The notes below the pieces were generated by a model. The model had not been told where the DNA came from, made no database searches, and saw only the letters and a program-made list of their open reading frames with translations. Of a DNA stretch of 64,000 bases, positions 24,408-38,240 are shown piece by piece; positions within the stretch are counted from its first letter, which is position 1, and each line of letters begins with the position of its first letter. Both the position numbers and the translations under genes were made by a program. The DNA is from Mobula hypostoma (taxonomy: Eukaryota). The DNA is taken from NCBI RefSeq assembly GCF_963921235.1, contig NC_086097.1, forward strand, positions 227,666,001-227,730,000, written 5' to 3'.

Positions 24408-26741
24408 TTAATGGACAATTATGTCTTCAAAGAGGAAGTGATCTGATATCAAGGCTTGCTTACCACTAAGCAGCTTCATTTAAATCTGAATGTGTTAGCG
24501 AGGAGATCCATGTATCACAGGTCTTCATTAAATAACATTCTTGCAAGGAATAATCTTATAAATTTAGAGAAGATTATTGGTCTTCATGTTACTTGACCAA
24601 AGAATTCTGCTCAAAGATGAGTGGGTAATCTACAGTATGCATTAAACATAATGTACTTACTTTTCTTTGAGAAACCAACATAATATTTTTGATATATTTG
24701 CTGCTTCATTCTCCCTTCCCAATGTACTGCAGCCCCCACCCTTCCACCCTCATTTTTAGGCATCTGAGACCAATTCCTACCTTGACCTTTGCTGGATGTC
24801 AGAGACCCAAAACAAGTCTGAAGTCATTGTAGAATAGAAGTGAGAATGCTATAGAACTAATGTAGATTAAGAGGTTGGGATAGGTTTCAAAAGTGACTTG
24901 GCTTTCACAGGACATCCCAATTAGTTCACAGTCAATTACAAACCTTTATGGTGTCCTCACTGCTGCACTGTCAGAACTATGTAAAACGATTTGTGGAAAA
25001 CAGGAATCTGATGGTGATTTGATTTGTGATGCTGGCTAAGAGAAAGATATTTCCAGAATATCAGCCAAACTTCAATGCAGCATCCTGAGAAATGCTTTTT
25101 GTTAAGGATATGATATCTTCTCCGAAAGTCAAACCTCCACCAATGCAACACTCACAAAGTACTGCATTGTAGAATCAATTGAGATTTTGCATTTATGGAG
25201 TTAATACTTTGGCTTCCTATTTAGTATCCTCCCAGTTCAACGTCAACCATTTTTTTTCTTTTATCTGGAAGATGGTTCGAGGTACTTATTTGGAATCCTA
25301 ACACTGGGTATGTTTGTTTTCTATAGGTTAGTCCCATTTGTTCATATTATCTTCAGTGAAAGGTTTGTAGAAACACTCAATATCTGGCAGTCAGTCAAGA
25401 GAACACCATGACGACTTAACCCTGATATATCAAATGACAGGTTACAGTCTACTGGCGTTGTCATTTTGTCAAAATTTCAAAAGGTGAATCAGATGGGATT
25501 TCCCATTTTGACTCCTATTATGGTTACTGTCATTTCATTAAACCTCATGTATAGTCATGATAACTGGTTCCATTTTTTTTTAACCTAAATGATGAATTTG
25601 TAATTTTCCAGATTATTTTGTCACCGATTTCAGCAAGTGTTGGCTGTGCCAGGTCCCCAATCTGTTGGTCTTTTTACTGTCTTTCAATGGGTCTGCTGTG
25701 TGCATTATCAAGTTTGGGCTGAGGAAAGTGCTGGCCTGTTTTCCTTCTTTTTACAAACCTCCCTCTATTGCAACTAATCTTCTTTGGGTTTAGTGGAACT
25801 CCTACAATAAACTACATTGAAGTTTGCCAATGAATCTGATTCCCGGTCTAATTCTGTGGTCTCCTCCCACACTAGCACAGTACTTATATTGGTTGAGTGC
25901 CTGGAAGGGTTGTGGATTTACAAGCCTGTTTCATCTCAAAATTTTAATTCTAAAATGTCATATATTTGATACTCCATGGAAATATTAATATAAATAGAAT
26001 GAATGTTTCCATGTGCCACCTCTGTCTGTGGCTTCATGGCTTATCCCTGGATGCTGAGTTTTTGTGTTATGTGGAGTTATGTCTCCCTCTAGTTGTCAGA
26101 TATGCACTTCAATCAAGCCTTGATTACTTCTAGCCTGATTTTGTTGCGTCTTCATCTGAGATCTTTTCTTTTTCCTCCTCCTGAAAGGAGGCCACTCCAG
26201 AATCAATGACACCAAGATACTTTCTCAGACCACAAGCAATTACTGTTGAGTCTCCAGAGCTCATGCAACTGAAATCACAAGAAAGGAATGGGTTGGCAGA
26301 TCTCTGTATGCTCTGAATTAAAGTTGAAATCTTTGTTTTGAAGTATTATCCTCCCCATTCCATCTACTGGCATATTTTATGTTCGCCATAATTTTAAACA
26401 TTTTCCCTTGATTCATAACAGAGTTTAAATTATTGTTTTCAAATATCACCAGGTCTCCATGCTTTCCTTTAGCTGTTTTTGTTTTCTCTCCTTTTACTTG
26501 TTTGTCTCTAACATAACAGGTTATCATGGCAACAGTGACTCTTTTCCAGACCAACTGCAATTACTGCTGGGCTTCCCCAGTCCCGGGATCAATTTTTGAC
26601 CCATGCAAGCTGCACTAAAAAGAGCAAAAAGAGTGAACTCAAATGATTTCTTCCCTTTTAATTCCCCTCTGTCCATCACAGTCCTTCCCCTTCTTTCCCA
26701 CACAAACGCATCTCACATGTTCTGCTCCTCTTTCTCAAACT

Positions 26742-26797
26742 CATACACACAAACACAAACACACACACACACAAACACAAACACACACACACACACA
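26742..26797. repeat. Imperfect (CA)n microsatellite
   Basis: Directly visible. Confidence 0.95.
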
Positions 26798-26999
26798 AAA
26801 ACAGTTTCACAGTTTCATTTCAGTACTCAGTCTTGGCAATGGATTGGATACGTAATTAGAGGAGTCAAGCTGAGCACCAAGGCTATGAAGAGCCTATCTT
26901 GGCTTCCGACTGTTTCAAGGAATGTAAGCAGTGTCAAAGGCAAAGTTTTGGCCTTCCCAAAACTAGAGGAAATTTCTGTTTATTAAGTAATGCTTGTCA

Positions 27000-27750
27000 G
27001 ATTAACAATGCAACAAATTAAAGAGATTGGAAGAGTTAAGAGAGATGACAGTGACTTAGGGCTGGAGATATAGCTGGAATATAATATAGCTCTCAGAAAT
27101 TAACACTAAGGTACAGCTTGAAGATTAGTAATAGAAGGGGGTGGCAAAAGATGAATTTCTTTGGAGGGACAGGAGTTGTACTGCAGTGGGAATAAGAAGA
27201 GTAGCAGCTGCAAGTGATTGTCTGCCTAAGGTTTAATAGATAAGAATGAAGCTAGCCTTGGGCAATTCCACTAGCCAATCAACGGACTAGTGATACAGGA
27301 AGATAATGGTGTGATCAACTGTGGTGAAGGCTTGAGATAGTACAGTTAAGGGCGGGCATTTTAATGCAGTCCATGATTTCATTATGAGTGGTTTCGGTAT
27401 TGTTATAGAAGCAGAAACCTGCTTTGAGGGATTGAAAATGGAATTCACAAATATTTAGGCGTGGATTTAGAAAGGAATTATATGCTTAAGGATTTCAAAG
27501 AGAAGAGGGAGGTAGGAGAAAGAATGGAGAATTCTGACAACAGATGTCTCAGAGGTATTTTTAGGAGATGTTAATGATGGTAGATTTGAATGCAAGAGAT
27601 GAAAACACCAGAGGAAAGGCAGCGGTTAACAATATCATCTAATGCGAGGCCCAGGAAGAGTGGTTAACAATTTTATTAGAACAGGGTTAAAGCAGCATGA
27701 GAGGATCCTTCAACAAGATGAAAAGATGAAACCAGAGAGAGAATAAGAAA
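27000..27750 (-). mobile_element. Ancient L2 LINE remnant
   Basis: Purine-rich plus strand; minus strand at ~27310-27335 reads QAFTTVDHT, resembling the L2 RT AAFDTVDH motif. Confidence 0.5.
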
Positions 27751-28594
27751 GAGAGTTAGAAGATGAAATAAAATCTATCGGATAATGTCACAATATGAAA
27801 ATCATTTAATTACAATGCATTCCAATATCTTTTACGAAGGACTGGGCAATGTGATTAAAAGGTCAAATATATAGATTGATGTGAATCTGAAAGGATGGTT
27901 AATACATACTGTAAACTGTAATGATCCTTCAGCAGAAGAATCAGTGTATAGACATATAACAGACCTGAAATAAAACAAAAAGAAATGTTAAAAAGAATTT
28001 TAGTTCAGAATTCGTTAATAGTAAGCTGAGTAATTTTGTTCTGAAATCAGATAATCAATCTATTAGCTAAAATAATCTAAAAGATATATTTCACCATATA
28101 AAATTCTGCAATGTGCGTATATAAGACAAATATTTCCAAAGCTGGCATTGCGGATACAGTTGTACAAGGTAATATAACTTACACCTGCAGATTTCCAAAA
28201 GGTATTCTATTTTCTGTAACAGAGTCCGTTTATTAAACAATCTATTCAATCAATAGTTTCACATAGCAGAACTCCCACATCCCACATTTTCCTCTCGAAG
28301 TTAAACAAAAGTATCTTCATTCAAATGAAACTTCTTTATTGCTTGAAATCCTGCTGATTGGCGTACCTTCTTGCTTTTTTTATTATGAATTCATAACTGA
28401 GCTGGAGTGGTGAGTGAAGAGAGAATTGATGTGAGTGAAATGAGAGTGAGTGGATTGCACTGCTGCCAAAAGTGCAACAAGTTTCACAACATATGCCGGT
28501 GATATTAAACCAGATTCTGATTCCAGAGGGATTTGAGAGAGATTGTGCTAGTGGGTATGCTGGGAAGGAGATTGAAAGAAGGTGTTACAAAGTC

Positions 28595-29205
28595 ATAAGG
28601 TAAAAAAGTTTATAGAGTCATACAGCACAGAAACAGGCCCTACTAGTCCCAGATTCCAACATTTGGTCTGTACCTTCTATCATTTGGCAATCCAAGTGCT
28701 TGTTTAGATATTTCCTTCAATGTTCTAAGTGTCTCCACTCCACCAGTACTTCTGGCAGTGTGTTCCATATTCCAACAACCTTTTAAGATAAAGAATTCCT
28801 CCCCAGAATCCCTCTAGCCCTCCTACCCCTATGATGAACCAATGCCCACTGATTTTTCCCCTCATAATTTCCATCAGGTTCCCCCTCAGATTTCTCTGCT
28901 CCAACCTTTCCAATCTTTCTTAATAACTGAATTGCTCTAAGTCAGGCAAGACCTGAAGAACCTCCTCTGATGAGAAATTTCTTTAGCTAGAGCACGGTGA
29001 ATCTGCAGAATTCTTTGGCACAAACAGCTGTGGAGACCATCCCATATGGTATATGTAAAGTGGACGTTAATAAGTAAGGGTGTCAGTGGTTACAGGGAGA
29101 AGGCAGGAAAATGGGGTTAAGAGGGACGATAAATCAGTCATGATGGAATGGCAGAGCTGATTCAGTGGGGTGAATGCTCTAATTCTGCTCCTATGTCTTA
29201 TGGGC
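28595..29205. mobile_element. Two CR1 3' fragments in opposite orientation (minus ~28595-28965, plus ~28966-29205)
   Basis: ATAGAGTCATACAGCACAGAAACAGGCCC terminus on the left; CTAATTCTGCTCCTATGTCTTATGG terminus on the right. Confidence 0.7.
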
Positions 29206-29209
29206 TTAA

Positions 29210-30315
29210 CAAGTTCAAGTTGGATTGAATTGACTTTATTACTTACATTCTTCACATACATGAGGAGTAAAAATGTTACGCCTCTGTCTAAATGTGCATT
29301 GTGCAATGTGCAACTTGTAGTAATTTATCATAAATAGTATGTACAACAGGACAGTCAATATAACATAGAAATACAATTGTATCAGAATGAATTAATCAGT
29401 CTGATGGCCTTGTGATAGACGCTGTCCCAGAGCCTGCTGGTCCTGCCTTTACGCTGTGGTACCATTTCCCGGATGGTAGCAACTGGAACAGTTTGTAGTT
29501 GGAGTGACTTGGGTCCCCAATGATCCTTCAGGCCCTTTTTAACACCTGCCTTTGTAAGTGTCCGGAACAGTGAGAAGTTCACATCCACAGATTCGATGGG
29601 CCATCCGCACCACTCTTTGCAGAGTCCTGCAATTGAGGGAAGTACAGTTCCCATACCAGGCAGTGATGCAGCCAGTCAGGTTGCTCTCAATTGTGCCCCT
29701 GTAGAAAGTTCTTAGGATTTGGGGGCCCATACCAAACTTCTTCAACCGACCGAGGTGAAGGAGGCCCTGTTGTACTTCTTTCACCACACAGCTGTTATGT
29801 ACAGACCACGTGAGGTCCTCGGTGATGTGGATGCCGAGGAACTTAAAGCTGTTCACCCTCTCAACCCCAGATCCATTGATGTCAATAAGGGTTAGCCTGT
29901 CTCCATTCCTCCTGTAATCCACAACAAGCTCCTTTGTTTTTGCAACATTGAAGGAGAGGTTGTTTTCTTGACACCTCTGTGTCAGGGTGTTGATTTCTTC
30001 TCTGTAGGCTGCCTCGTTATTAGCTGAGATTAGGCATATCAATGTAGTATTATCAGTAAATTTAATTATCAGATTGGAGCTGCGCGTGGTGACACAGTCA
30101 TGGGTATACAGAGAGTAAAGAAGGGGGCTTGAGGGTCAGAGGGGCAGAGGTGAGGGAGCCATTCTTACCTGCTGGTGATCTGACAGGAAGTCCAGGATGC
30201 AGCTGCACAAGGCAGGGTGAAGGCCGAGGTCGCTGAGCTTCTTGTCATGCCTGGATGGAATTATGGTGTTGAATGTTGAACTGCAGTCCAAGAACAGCAT
30301 TCTCATATAAACATC
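29210..30315 (-). mobile_element. Rex1/Babar LINE, RT 3' half
   Basis: YMRMLFLDCSSTFNTIIP (30136-30477); IKFTDNTT in place of FADD; NNLSFNVAKTKELVVDYRR, VNSFKFLGIHITEDLTWS, FYRGTIESNLTGCITAWYGNC (29539-30042). Confidence 0.92.
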
Positions 30316-30319
30316 CTTC

Positions 30320-30900
30320 TTCTCATTGTCATTCATCCATATACATGTGTACTGCCAAATGAAACAAGGTTTCTCCAGACTAAGGTGCACAGCACAGTAC
30401 GTATGACTCACGCACAACACATAAAGTAATGCTACCACAAACACATTAACAAATAATAAGGTGCGTTTATGACACAAGTTAAAAAGTAAACATGTGACGC
30501 CACTGGTAGTTCATACATAATGAGACCCGGTTCATGGCAGAGAGTTCAACAGTTTCATGGCATGGGGGAAAAAGCTGTTTTCCCATCATAATAGTCCTTG
30601 CCCCAGTTCTACAGTACCTCCTACCTGGTGGTGGTGGGGGGGGGGGGTTCAAAGTGATTATTGGATGGATGAGAGGGATCATTGACAAAGCTAAGTGCCC
30701 TGTGTATGCAGCACTCCTGATAAATACCTCAGGTGGATGGAGAAGAGACCCTGATGATCCTTTTAGAAGACCTCTCAATTCTTTGTAGGGTCATGTGACA
30801 GATGCCTTGTGATTCCTCCATCAGACAATGATGCAGTTGGTCAGGACGCACTCAATGGTCCTCCAGTAAAAATTGGTTAGAATGGGCGTGAGAAGCCTTC
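30320..30900 (-). mobile_element. Second Rex1/Babar 3' fragment
   Basis: ILTNFYWRTIECVLTNCIIV and PPGRRYCRTGART motifs; separate AATGACAAT 3' tail at ~30325. Confidence 0.75.
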
Positions 30901-33524
30901 TTGCAGAAGGCAGGTCTCTGTAGCCTTCGGTGAGGGGTATGAAGGAGGCAAGGGATGAGGGTACAGGGACAAGAGAGGGAATAAGGAAAAAGACATAGTC
31001 AAGAGCATTTGTTTCCATCCAAATGAATATGTCTATCAGTGGGAGAGTTTATCTCTGTGCGCTGAGTATATGTATGCTTTTGTGCCTATTTGAATGGTAT
31101 ACTTTCATGGTAGTCCCAGCAGAAAAACCTGCTCTCCAATCGCCTCTGACCTCCTTATCACTGGACCATGACCTCTGTCAAATCTGCATTGTGGCTGGTA
31201 TACAATGGCCACCCTATATCAAAGAATTCTCACACAAGCACCTCCTACTCATCAAAAATGGAGTGGAAGCAATATACCATTAACCTCGAGGGACAGCCTC
31301 AGAAGGAGAAGAAGATGAACTTATACATGATTAAAAATGTGTAAACCGAGTCTGATTTAGCTGAATGTTTTGATTTGTCATTGGAGAGGTCAGAATCCCT
31401 TTTCTATTAAACAAAGGAGAAAATCAGACAAATCGGGAACGCAACTAATAATACATCATATTTTCAGTGGTTATAATTCAATTAGCTAATATAGAAAAAA
31501 AACAAATGAGATTTATTACAAGCTGTAGCTCTTAAGCCTGAAATGTTATTTGCTTGTCCAATGTTACCCCTCCTGCAGATGTTGTGAAAAATGCATTGTT
31601 CTATAATTATCTGTTACCTTTGAAGAGCATAAATCCCAGGCGTCCTCTCATCAATAATTTTCACCTGTTAATTCATTTTGTGTGAGGTAATAACCGCAGC
31701 ATAATAACAAATGTGCAAGCACTCAGACTTTGCAATTAAAAACAGTGGGGGTTCCAATTTTGATCATACAGAATGTGGCATTCATCAAAGAAAACAATTC
31801 CAGCCTTTCAGGATGACAGATGCCACAGTGATGGCTCTACTAACTAACCACCCGTCCTAAAAAAATAATTGTCTTATTGCAGTCTACAGCTGCAAGTTAT
31901 CTGATAGCTTATGACCGCTGAGTGTAGAATACATGCAGTGACTAAAGTACAAAAAGGTAATTTTACTTCTGAAAATGAAGCTCTTACAAGATTGCAGTGA
32001 CCCAGATGCTGCTAGTGTGAGGAGTTGGTTGAATTGCTGAATAAATAACCTATCAAGATTTATGAGGGAGCTGCAATGTGTCACTTTCTGAATTGAAAAA
32101 AAATTCAATATGCATGATTAGGAAAAAAAATAAGAGGAAAGATACCATTCTGCAAAACCTTTTCCCTCTGCTGCCTTATTCTTTTTTTTAATAAATAATA
32201 TTTAAGGGGTTTGTTGATTTTGCAGTTCAAACTGAATTTAAAAGCCAGGCAATCCAAACATGATTTCATGTCATGTTCTATGCAATTCCTTGGCTGAGCA
32301 ACGCTTAGAGAAGAGTAATTATATTGTGTTATGCTGGAAGGAAGCATCTACTGGTTGATTCATGCTATTATACAAATTATTGGTCTTTTATGGGTCAAGG
32401 CAGATTGAGTGCACACTGCATAGTAATCTGTTAATGTAGATATTCTGATTATTCATATCCTGCATTTGACTTATGTGGAAATGAGGCTATGTGTACCAAT
32501 CAGATTCTGCTTTGTCAGTGTGATTTGTCCCCTAATTGTGACAGAATTATATATTACAGTTTTAATAAAAATATAGTATGTTTGGGAATGAAAGAGATTT
32601 TTAAAGGTTTTTTTTTTGCATTCTGGTTCCAACTGCTTTGCCACACTTGAATTTGTAACTATTTAAAATGTAGAGGCCTTATTTATCATTGTATTCAGTT
32701 AATTACATTTTAGCCATCTTTAAACATATGGCTAAATTTAAGGATGACACAATCATTACATCAATTCCTTATTGATAGTAAATCAATTCTTTTAAAAGTT
32801 CTGATTTTCTTATTAACTCATAATAGCAAAAACACAGTCATCAATAGATATTTATTATTAGGCTCTCTACACTCTTTGTAATGCCCTACAGTAAATTATG
32901 TAAATTAGATTTCTGAAAATAGAGATAGGTTGCTGGCAATTAGTAAAACTTAGCAAAAGACTTATCAAACCTGTGGATTTTGGATATGAGAAAGAAGAAG
33001 AGGGCAGAGAGTTAGCCCCCTCTTCCTCCCCAAACTCTGAGTGCAATACTATTAACCATATCTAGAATTCCCCACTTATAAACTATAGTTTACCTTTCCA
33101 CCATGGTAAACCCTCCACATGTACGCTTGGTCACATTACAAAAGAAAAAGCTGCAGAAATAATCAAGAACAAATTTACAAATGAAATTATTCAGGTCACC
33201 CTTGAGCATTCCTCTCCTATCCACTTTCAAAGTGCCTCTGGTGTCCTGGTACTCTGGTCTGGCAACTCCTCAATTGTAAAAGGCTGCTGGCTTCCCATGC
33301 AGAAATTGTAGGTGCCTTTGGAGAATGGCATCATGCATCTCTAGTCCTGGAAGGTTGTACATTCTTGGCACAAATGACAAAAGACCAGGCTGGCTGGCTG
33401 AGAGTTAACTTTAAGAGCTTTGGGAAGCTAGCAGGAATAATAAGACAAATGGCATCTTCCTGAGAATGATAAGCAGCCACTACCATTTCCTCAGGGCAAT
33501 GTCTCAATAATCAAGATAGACCAG

Positions 33525-34112
33525 AGGAAGCAGGATCTCCCAGTGGCTACACATTTTAATTCCACGTCCCATTCCCATTCTGATATGTCAATCCATGGCC
33601 TCCTCTACTGTAAAGATGAAGCCACACTCAGGTTGGAGGAACAACACGTTATATTCCGTCTGGGTAGCCTCCAACCTGATAGCATGAACATTGACTTCTC
33701 AAACGTCCGCTAATGCCCCACCTCCCCCTCGTACCCCATTTATTTATATACACACATTCTTTTTCTCTCTCTCTCCTTTTTCTTCCTCTGTCCCTCTGAC
33801 TATACCTCTTGCCCATCCTCTGGGTTTTTCCCCCCCTCCCCCTTTTCCTTCTCCCTGGGCCTCCTGTCCCATGATCCTCTCATATCTCTCTTGCCAATGA
33901 ACTGTCCAGCTCTTGGCTCCATCCTTCCCCCTCCTGTCTTCTCCTATCGTTTCGGATCGCCCCCCTCCCCCTCCCACTTTCAAATCTCTTACTAGCTCTT
34001 TTATCAGTTAGTCCTGACAAAGGGTTTCGGCCCGAAACGTCGACTGTACCTCTTCCTAGAGATGCTGCCTGGCCTGCTGCGTTCACCAGCAACTTGATGT
34101 GTGTTGCTTGAA
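33525..34112 (+). mobile_element. Penelope-like (Neptune) 3' fragment with minimal hammerhead motif at 34010-34045
   Basis: Highly similar to 53225-53820; AGTC-CTGACAA-AGGGTTTCGGCCC-GAAACGTC-GACT (one core substitution). Confidence 0.9.
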
Positions 34113-35344
34113 GATTGAAGATCAGATTGTGGAAATGCCATGGCACACAGCGAAACACTTTGAGCACTGGTGTGTAGAGCCACGCTGACTGCATGTTGAT
34201 GCTGTATGGCAACGTGCCATTCATGAGATACCTAGCAAATCCTTGGGGATCAGAAATAGATAGGGATGAAGGACAACGCACACAAAATGATGGAGGAGCT
34301 CAGCAGGTTAGGGAGAATCATCTACAGTCAATGTTTCGGGCTGAGACCTTTCAAAGAAGCCTGAATGAAGGTAATAGAGATAAAGGTAAATATATCGTAG
34401 ATTAAGGGGCTGAAAAGGAGAGACGTGCTTTGTCCATTTGCGGCTTAAAATCGGAAGAGAGTGTAGTTCACGGAAGAGGTGAGATGCGAGGAGGAGAATT
34501 GGCTATGACAATCACATAATTAGTGTGAAAGCTCCATCATTCATCATTGCAATAATAGCAAACGGCACCACTGTTAGTGGCTTAGAGCATCTAGGTTTGC
34601 GTGTCCTTCTCCAGCAGTTTCTTCGGCTGCCATTAATGTGTCAACTTGTCCACCAAGAAGGAAATGAAACAGTGTTTTGTTTTTGCGTATTGTGATTGAA
34701 TTGCTGCCAGTGAGGGAAATATCCGTGAGATTGGTACTAGTGCCAACTGCACAAGGTACAGTGGGGTAGATGAAACTGAACAGGAGATTGCTTGGAATGT
34801 GAGAGGGGCTTGATGCTCAATCAGGCAACATCCAGGACTAATATGGTAAAGGTCCTTTCACTGACCTTGACCACACACAAGCTCATTGAATTTAACATGA
34901 TGCTGCATCCAGATCCCAGAGCTCGATTTTGTTACTTGGTATCACAGCAATGTATTCTCACTGCTCCCATTCTGTGAGGGCCTCTTGCTGATGCAAGACA
35001 TTCCTTTGACTGCAGCTATTTGACTGTGGTCTCTGCTAGAGTTTCTAAATACCTTAGAGATCACTCTCTCCCACCGTGTCCCACTCCTCATACTTTCCAA
35101 GGTCAGACTCACTTCCTAAATGGCTGCTGACACCTGCTGCAACTCTAATTCCATTCATCCTTGTCAGGCTTTAAAATGCAGTGGTTATCTTTAACTGGAA
35201 AAAGCCACTTTTATTCAGGATGGCTAAAGTGCAACTCTAAGTGAATATGATGATAAATAAAACTGCTGCACATTAAATAGTTACAAATTCAAATGGAAGC
35301 AGAGGACAAAGAAAACTTAAAAAATGATTTTGTTCTACTGTCAA

Positions 35345-35860
35345 TATAAGAACATAAGAGATAGGAGCAGGAGTAGGCCATCTGGCCCATCGAGCCTGCT
35401 CTGCCATTCAATAAGATCATGGCTGATCTGACCATGGACTCATCTCCACCTACCTGCCTTATCCCCATAACACTTAATTCCCCTACCATGCAAATATCTA
35501 TCCAACCTTGTCTTAAATATAATGACTGAGGTAGCCTCCACTACTTCATTCATCAGAGAATTCCACAGATTCACCACTCTGTGGGAAGAACAGTTCCTCC
35601 TCATCTCCATCCCAAGTTTACTTACCCAAATCTTGAGGATATGTTCCCTAGTTCTAGCTTCACCTACCAGTGGAAACAACTTCCCTGCCCCTATCAGATC
35701 TATCCCTTTCATAATTTTATATGTTTCTATAAGATCTCCTCTCATCCCTTCCGAATTCCAGCAAGTACAGTCCCAGGGGACTCAATTTCTCCTCATAGTC
35801 TAATCCCCTCGTTTCTGGAATTAACCAGCTGAACTTTCTCTGCACTGCATCCAAAGCCAG
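35345..35860 (-). mobile_element. CR1 3' fragment
   Basis: ORF 35440-35745 MRGDLIETYKIMKG...RVVNLWNSL; (ATAAGAAC) tail. Confidence 0.9.
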
Positions 35861-35889
35861 GGTAACCAGGGTTCTAGCAGTGAAAAGCT

Positions 35890-38240
35890 AATAGTGTAAA
35901 CATCCGTAGATTCCTAAAGGTCTCTGCATTAGCAGACAAAGTGGTTAAAAAGGCATAATGGATGCTGGCCTTCATTAACCAGGCCATAGAACATAAGAGC
36001 ACAGAGACCATCATACAGCTTTACAAAACTTCAGTTAGGCCACATCTGGAGTATTGTGCGGAGTTCCTATCACCACACAATAGGAAGTATGCATTACGTG
36101 TTTAACACTTCAGCAATATTTGAGTAATATTGTAAATATGTTGTTTGATTAAGCATTCCTGTTGTTTACATAATGCACTGAGGGTTGTATGTAAAAGTAC
36201 GTAAATGGCATACGTCATACATACATGCCTCACTTAAAGTAAAAACAAAACTGAGATATATTATCTCTGGACTCCCGTCATTTCCTTTCAATTATATTAA
36301 TGTTTTGGAGTCACAAAACATAACAGTGGCAACAAGGAGGTTTTAAAATGAACCTGAGACAACTACCTACCTGTTGAAGTGCAGTGAGCCATTCCTGTTA
36401 AAAAAAATGCTGTGAGAAAGTTAAAAAAAAAGCATTACAGCATGCGTCTTTTTGAAACGGGGAGAGAGAGATGGTCAAATATGATAAAAGGCAGAAAATG
36501 AATAAATTCTTGGGTTCAGAAACATTGAGTACCAGATGATTAAACTCATAAATAAAACAAGCAGATATGGCTGATTAGATTGGAAAGATAAGTGTGTTCG
36601 ATTGCACAAAAGATAGCTGGCTGCTGTGTATGGAACAAATCAAAGCAAATAGGACAGCCGACGACAAGTGAGTGCCAATTTGACTGAGTGCATTTGATTT
36701 AAAACATAGTTTGCTTCAAGGTTTGACTGCTCCAACCAATCCAGCCGAAATGAGCTTTGCTGATGTCATGAACATAACACTGGAAATGAAACCATTGTTG
36801 ATTGCAAAACATTTTAGGTTTCATAGGCAGAATCAAAAGAAAGGGGAGTCTATTTGAACATACCTGGCTGAATTGAAGAGATTGATTGAGTACTGTGAGT
36901 TCAATGATAGGCTTAATGATGCACTTAGAAATAATTTAGTTTGTGGAATCTTATAAGAAAACATTCAAAAATGGCTCCGAACTGGAACACAGTTTCCATT
37001 TAAAAGAACAGTTAAGATAGCTATATTAATAGAAACAGCAGACAGACACGCAATTGAGTTGCAACGAGGAATGGAAGTCAACATGAACAAAATAGCAATG
37101 TCTAAACAGAAATCAGCCTGGTCGAACAAATTGTGTTACCATTCTGGCAGGGGCTCACATACACCAGACCAATACAGGTTTAAACATGAACCTTGTAGAA
37201 ATGCAAAAAACTAGGATACATACAAAGACCATACTGGGCAGACATGTTGGGCATAAGTGGATGATACAGGGAAGAGATAAAGATTAAAGTAAAGTTGCAG
37301 TTTCTAAAAGAGCACTAATCTGCATGTCGTTGATGAAATATTTGATAATGATGAAAGTGGCACAGGAATGGGTAGCCTTAATATTTACAATGTGAAAACT
37401 AATAGGAGACAAGCAAAATAGCTTACACCAAAAGTGAACAGAAAATTAGTTGAAATGCAATTGGGCACTGACTGAACTGTTTCAGTCATTCCACAAAATG
37501 AGCTTGAATAGATATCTTTCAAAGATACTAAACTGAAGCCTGTAGACTAAACTAAGAACTTATACAGTTCTGGAGAAAATATAACTCCTGTGGGAATGAC
37601 ATTTGTAACAGTGAATTACAACAACCAATAAGCCACATTGGGCTTGTAAATGGTAAAAACATGATGACCAGTGCTGTGTGGGGCGGGGGGGGGGCGTGAT
37701 TAGCTGAGGCAATTACAACTTGCTTTGAGATCCATCCGCTATTTGAGGAACAACTGGATAGGCTGAGTTTGTTATCCTTGGAAGGAAAACAGAGGGGATA
37801 GCTGATAGAGGTACACAAAATGATGAAAGGAATAGATAGGGTGGATGGTGAGAAATATTTCTTCCCATAACAGAAACATCGCAAACCAAATAGTACTAAT
37901 CAAGGGTCTTGGCTTAATATTCAACTGTTTATTCCTTTCCATAGATGCTGCCTGACCTGCAGAGTTGCTCCAGCATTTTATATGTGTTACTCTAAAACCA
38001 GATATCATAGGTTTAAAGTGAGAAGGATGAGGATTAGAAGAGATATGAGGACTTTTTTTTATCCAGAAGATAGTTGCAATCTGGAATCCACAGCACGTCA
38101 AGGTACTGGAGCCAGGTATTCTCACAACATACTAAACATATCTGGACAAACCCTTGAATTACTGGACAGAAGGCTTCAGATAAACTGTTGGTAAATGGGA
38201 TTTGTATAGATAGGTACCTGATTTTTCTGTGCCTTTTGTC
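35890..38240 (+). mobile_element. Old CR1 3' part interrupted by a Gypsy remnant and a Penelope-end fragment (~37870-37990)
   Basis: VRPHLEYCAEF coding at ~36035-36065; CR1 resumes at ~37740 (EEQLDRLSLLSLEG) and again at ~37995. Confidence 0.75.
36092..37735 (+). mobile_element. Gypsy/Ty3 LTR retrotransposon remnant: 5' LTR (~36092-36325), PBS, gag and protease pseudogene
   Basis: LTR ends CATAACA, followed by GTGGCAACAAGG (PBS-like); manual translation KPLLIAKHFRFHRQNQKKGESI*TYLAELKRLIEYCEFNDRLNDALRNNLVCGI; decayed zinc knuckle CYHSGRGSH; protease-like VEMQLGTD*TVSVIP. Confidence 0.85.

Noticed and set aside
24661..24775. Minus-strand open frame ending at a GTAAGT donor
   Set aside because: Peptide not recognisable and no acceptor or promoter support.
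25200..26260. Possible ancient LINE 5' region on the minus strand
   Set aside because: No motif could be read with confidence; left unannotated.
26603..26986. 127-aa ORF with a THTH tract
   Set aside because: Read-through of a (CA)n microsatellite; the same applies to ORFs at 54031-54405.
28183..28213. Possible 31-bp minus-strand exon (TTACAG acceptor, GTAAGT donor)
   Set aside because: Weak pyrimidine tract, no recognisable peptide and no partner exons; expected by chance.
33355..33500. ILGTND-encoding stretch suggesting another esterase ORF1
   Set aside because: Too short and degenerate to call.
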